A DNA stretch of 64,000 nucleotides from Cetorhinus maximus (Eukaryota). Under the pieces are notes generated by a model, which saw only the letters and a list, made by a program, of their open reading frames with translations, did no database searches and was not told the DNA's origin. The position numbers and the translations under genes are program-made. Location: assembly GCF_964194155.1 (NCBI RefSeq), contig NC_135897.1, positions 70,866,001 to 70,930,000 of the forward strand. The letters run 5' to 3'. Below, piece after piece: positions 62,920-64,000 of the stretch (its first letter is position 1; each line of letters opens with the position of its first letter).

Positions 62920-63510
62920 AGCAAAAGCAGATGACATCAGGGACCAAGAGACAATGCCTGACTCCATCCCTATCTCAGCTCATTTGCTGCTGAAACCCTC
63001 TTCCATGCCTTTGATACCTTTGGATTTGACTGTTCCAACACACTCTCAGCTGATCTCCACATTCTGTAAATTTGAGGTCAACCAAGATTCTACTGCCTGT
63101 CCTACCTCGCATCAAGTCTCATTCATCCACCACCTCCAGCTAGCTGGCCTACTTTGGTTTCTAGTTAAGCAATGACTCAAATTTAAAATTCTTATCCTTG
63201 TTTTGAAATCCCTCCTTGGCCTCAACCCTTCCTAGCTCTGTAATTTTCTGCAGCCTCACAACCCTCTTGAGGTATCTGTACTTCTTTAATTCTGGCCTCT
63301 TGATCATCCTCAATTTTAATTGCTTCCCCATTGGTGGCTATGCCTTGAACTCTCGAATTCTCTTCCTAAACCTCTCTGCCTCTCTATCCTGCTTTAAGAG
63401 GCTCCTTAAAACCCATCTCTTTGACCAAGCTTTTGACCATTGATTCTAATATTGCCTTATGTGGCTCTGTGTCAAACTTTATAACATTCCTGTGAAGTTC
63501 AGCTGCTATA
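62920..63510 (+). mobile_element. L2-type LINE 3' remnant
   Basis: CTGCTGAAACCCTC.TCCATGCCTTTG..TTTAAAATTCTTATCCTTG..CTCCTTAAAACCCATCTCTTTGACCAAGCTTTTG. Confidence 0.65.
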
Positions 63511-64000
63511 TAAACAGATGTTAAACTTATTGCACTGTCACTTTAACTGTTCTTTGTTGGCGGGATCTGCCTGGCTTCTTGATTGGCACTTCTTCCTACT
63601 GGCATAGCCTAGATCAGGAATGTATAATTTGAGATAGCAGAAATCTGCATTATTCTACTGCAGCCTCTCTTACGTAGTCTTGTCTGTGCCACAGTGGCTG
63701 TAGAGAGGGAACATGTGTCCACCAATACGCTTCAGATCTTCCTGAACAGTGGAGTAACTGGGTATGGAGTAACTGATGTCGAAAATAATATTTGCATTTA
63801 GCTTTATACAACAACAATATCCAAATTTTATGGTGACTTTAACATAAAATGATCCAAGGCACCTCACAGAAGCAGTATAAAATGAAGTATCACATCAGGA
63901 AATGCTAGGTCAGCTGACCAAAAGCTTGGTTAAAGACTGGGGTTTTGAGGAGTGCTATAAAGGAGGAAAGCGAGGTAGACAGGCAAAGGGGTGTAGGAAG

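Overview
Vertebrate genomic DNA, most likely a cartilaginous fish (inferred from the repeat content: CR1 LINEs with SGNH-esterase ORF1, SacSINE1/Deu-type tRNA SINEs, Penelope-like and Harbinger remnants). Three protein-coding genes were reconstructed by hand with consistent splice phases. SENP5 is on + (9 coding exons, 12720-37130, 752 aa). NCBP2/CBP20 is on - (4 coding exons, 59682-53289, 164 aa, with a U12-type intron 2). NCBP2AS2 is a single-exon + gene (60155-60463, 102 aa), head-to-head with NCBP2. From memory, this order matches human 3q29. Most of the rest is nested transposon debris. The most notable non-genic signals are: (i) Penelope-derived fold-back insertions carrying minimal hammerhead-ribozyme cores, one with a 14-bp TSD in SENP5 intron 2; (ii) a ~30-copy G-rich minisatellite just downstream of the SENP5 promoter; (iii) consensus splice donors upstream of ORF1 in three distinct CR1 copies. 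I found no convincing wholly new system. All homology calls rest on recalled sequence motifs, not database searches, and repeat boundaries are approximate.
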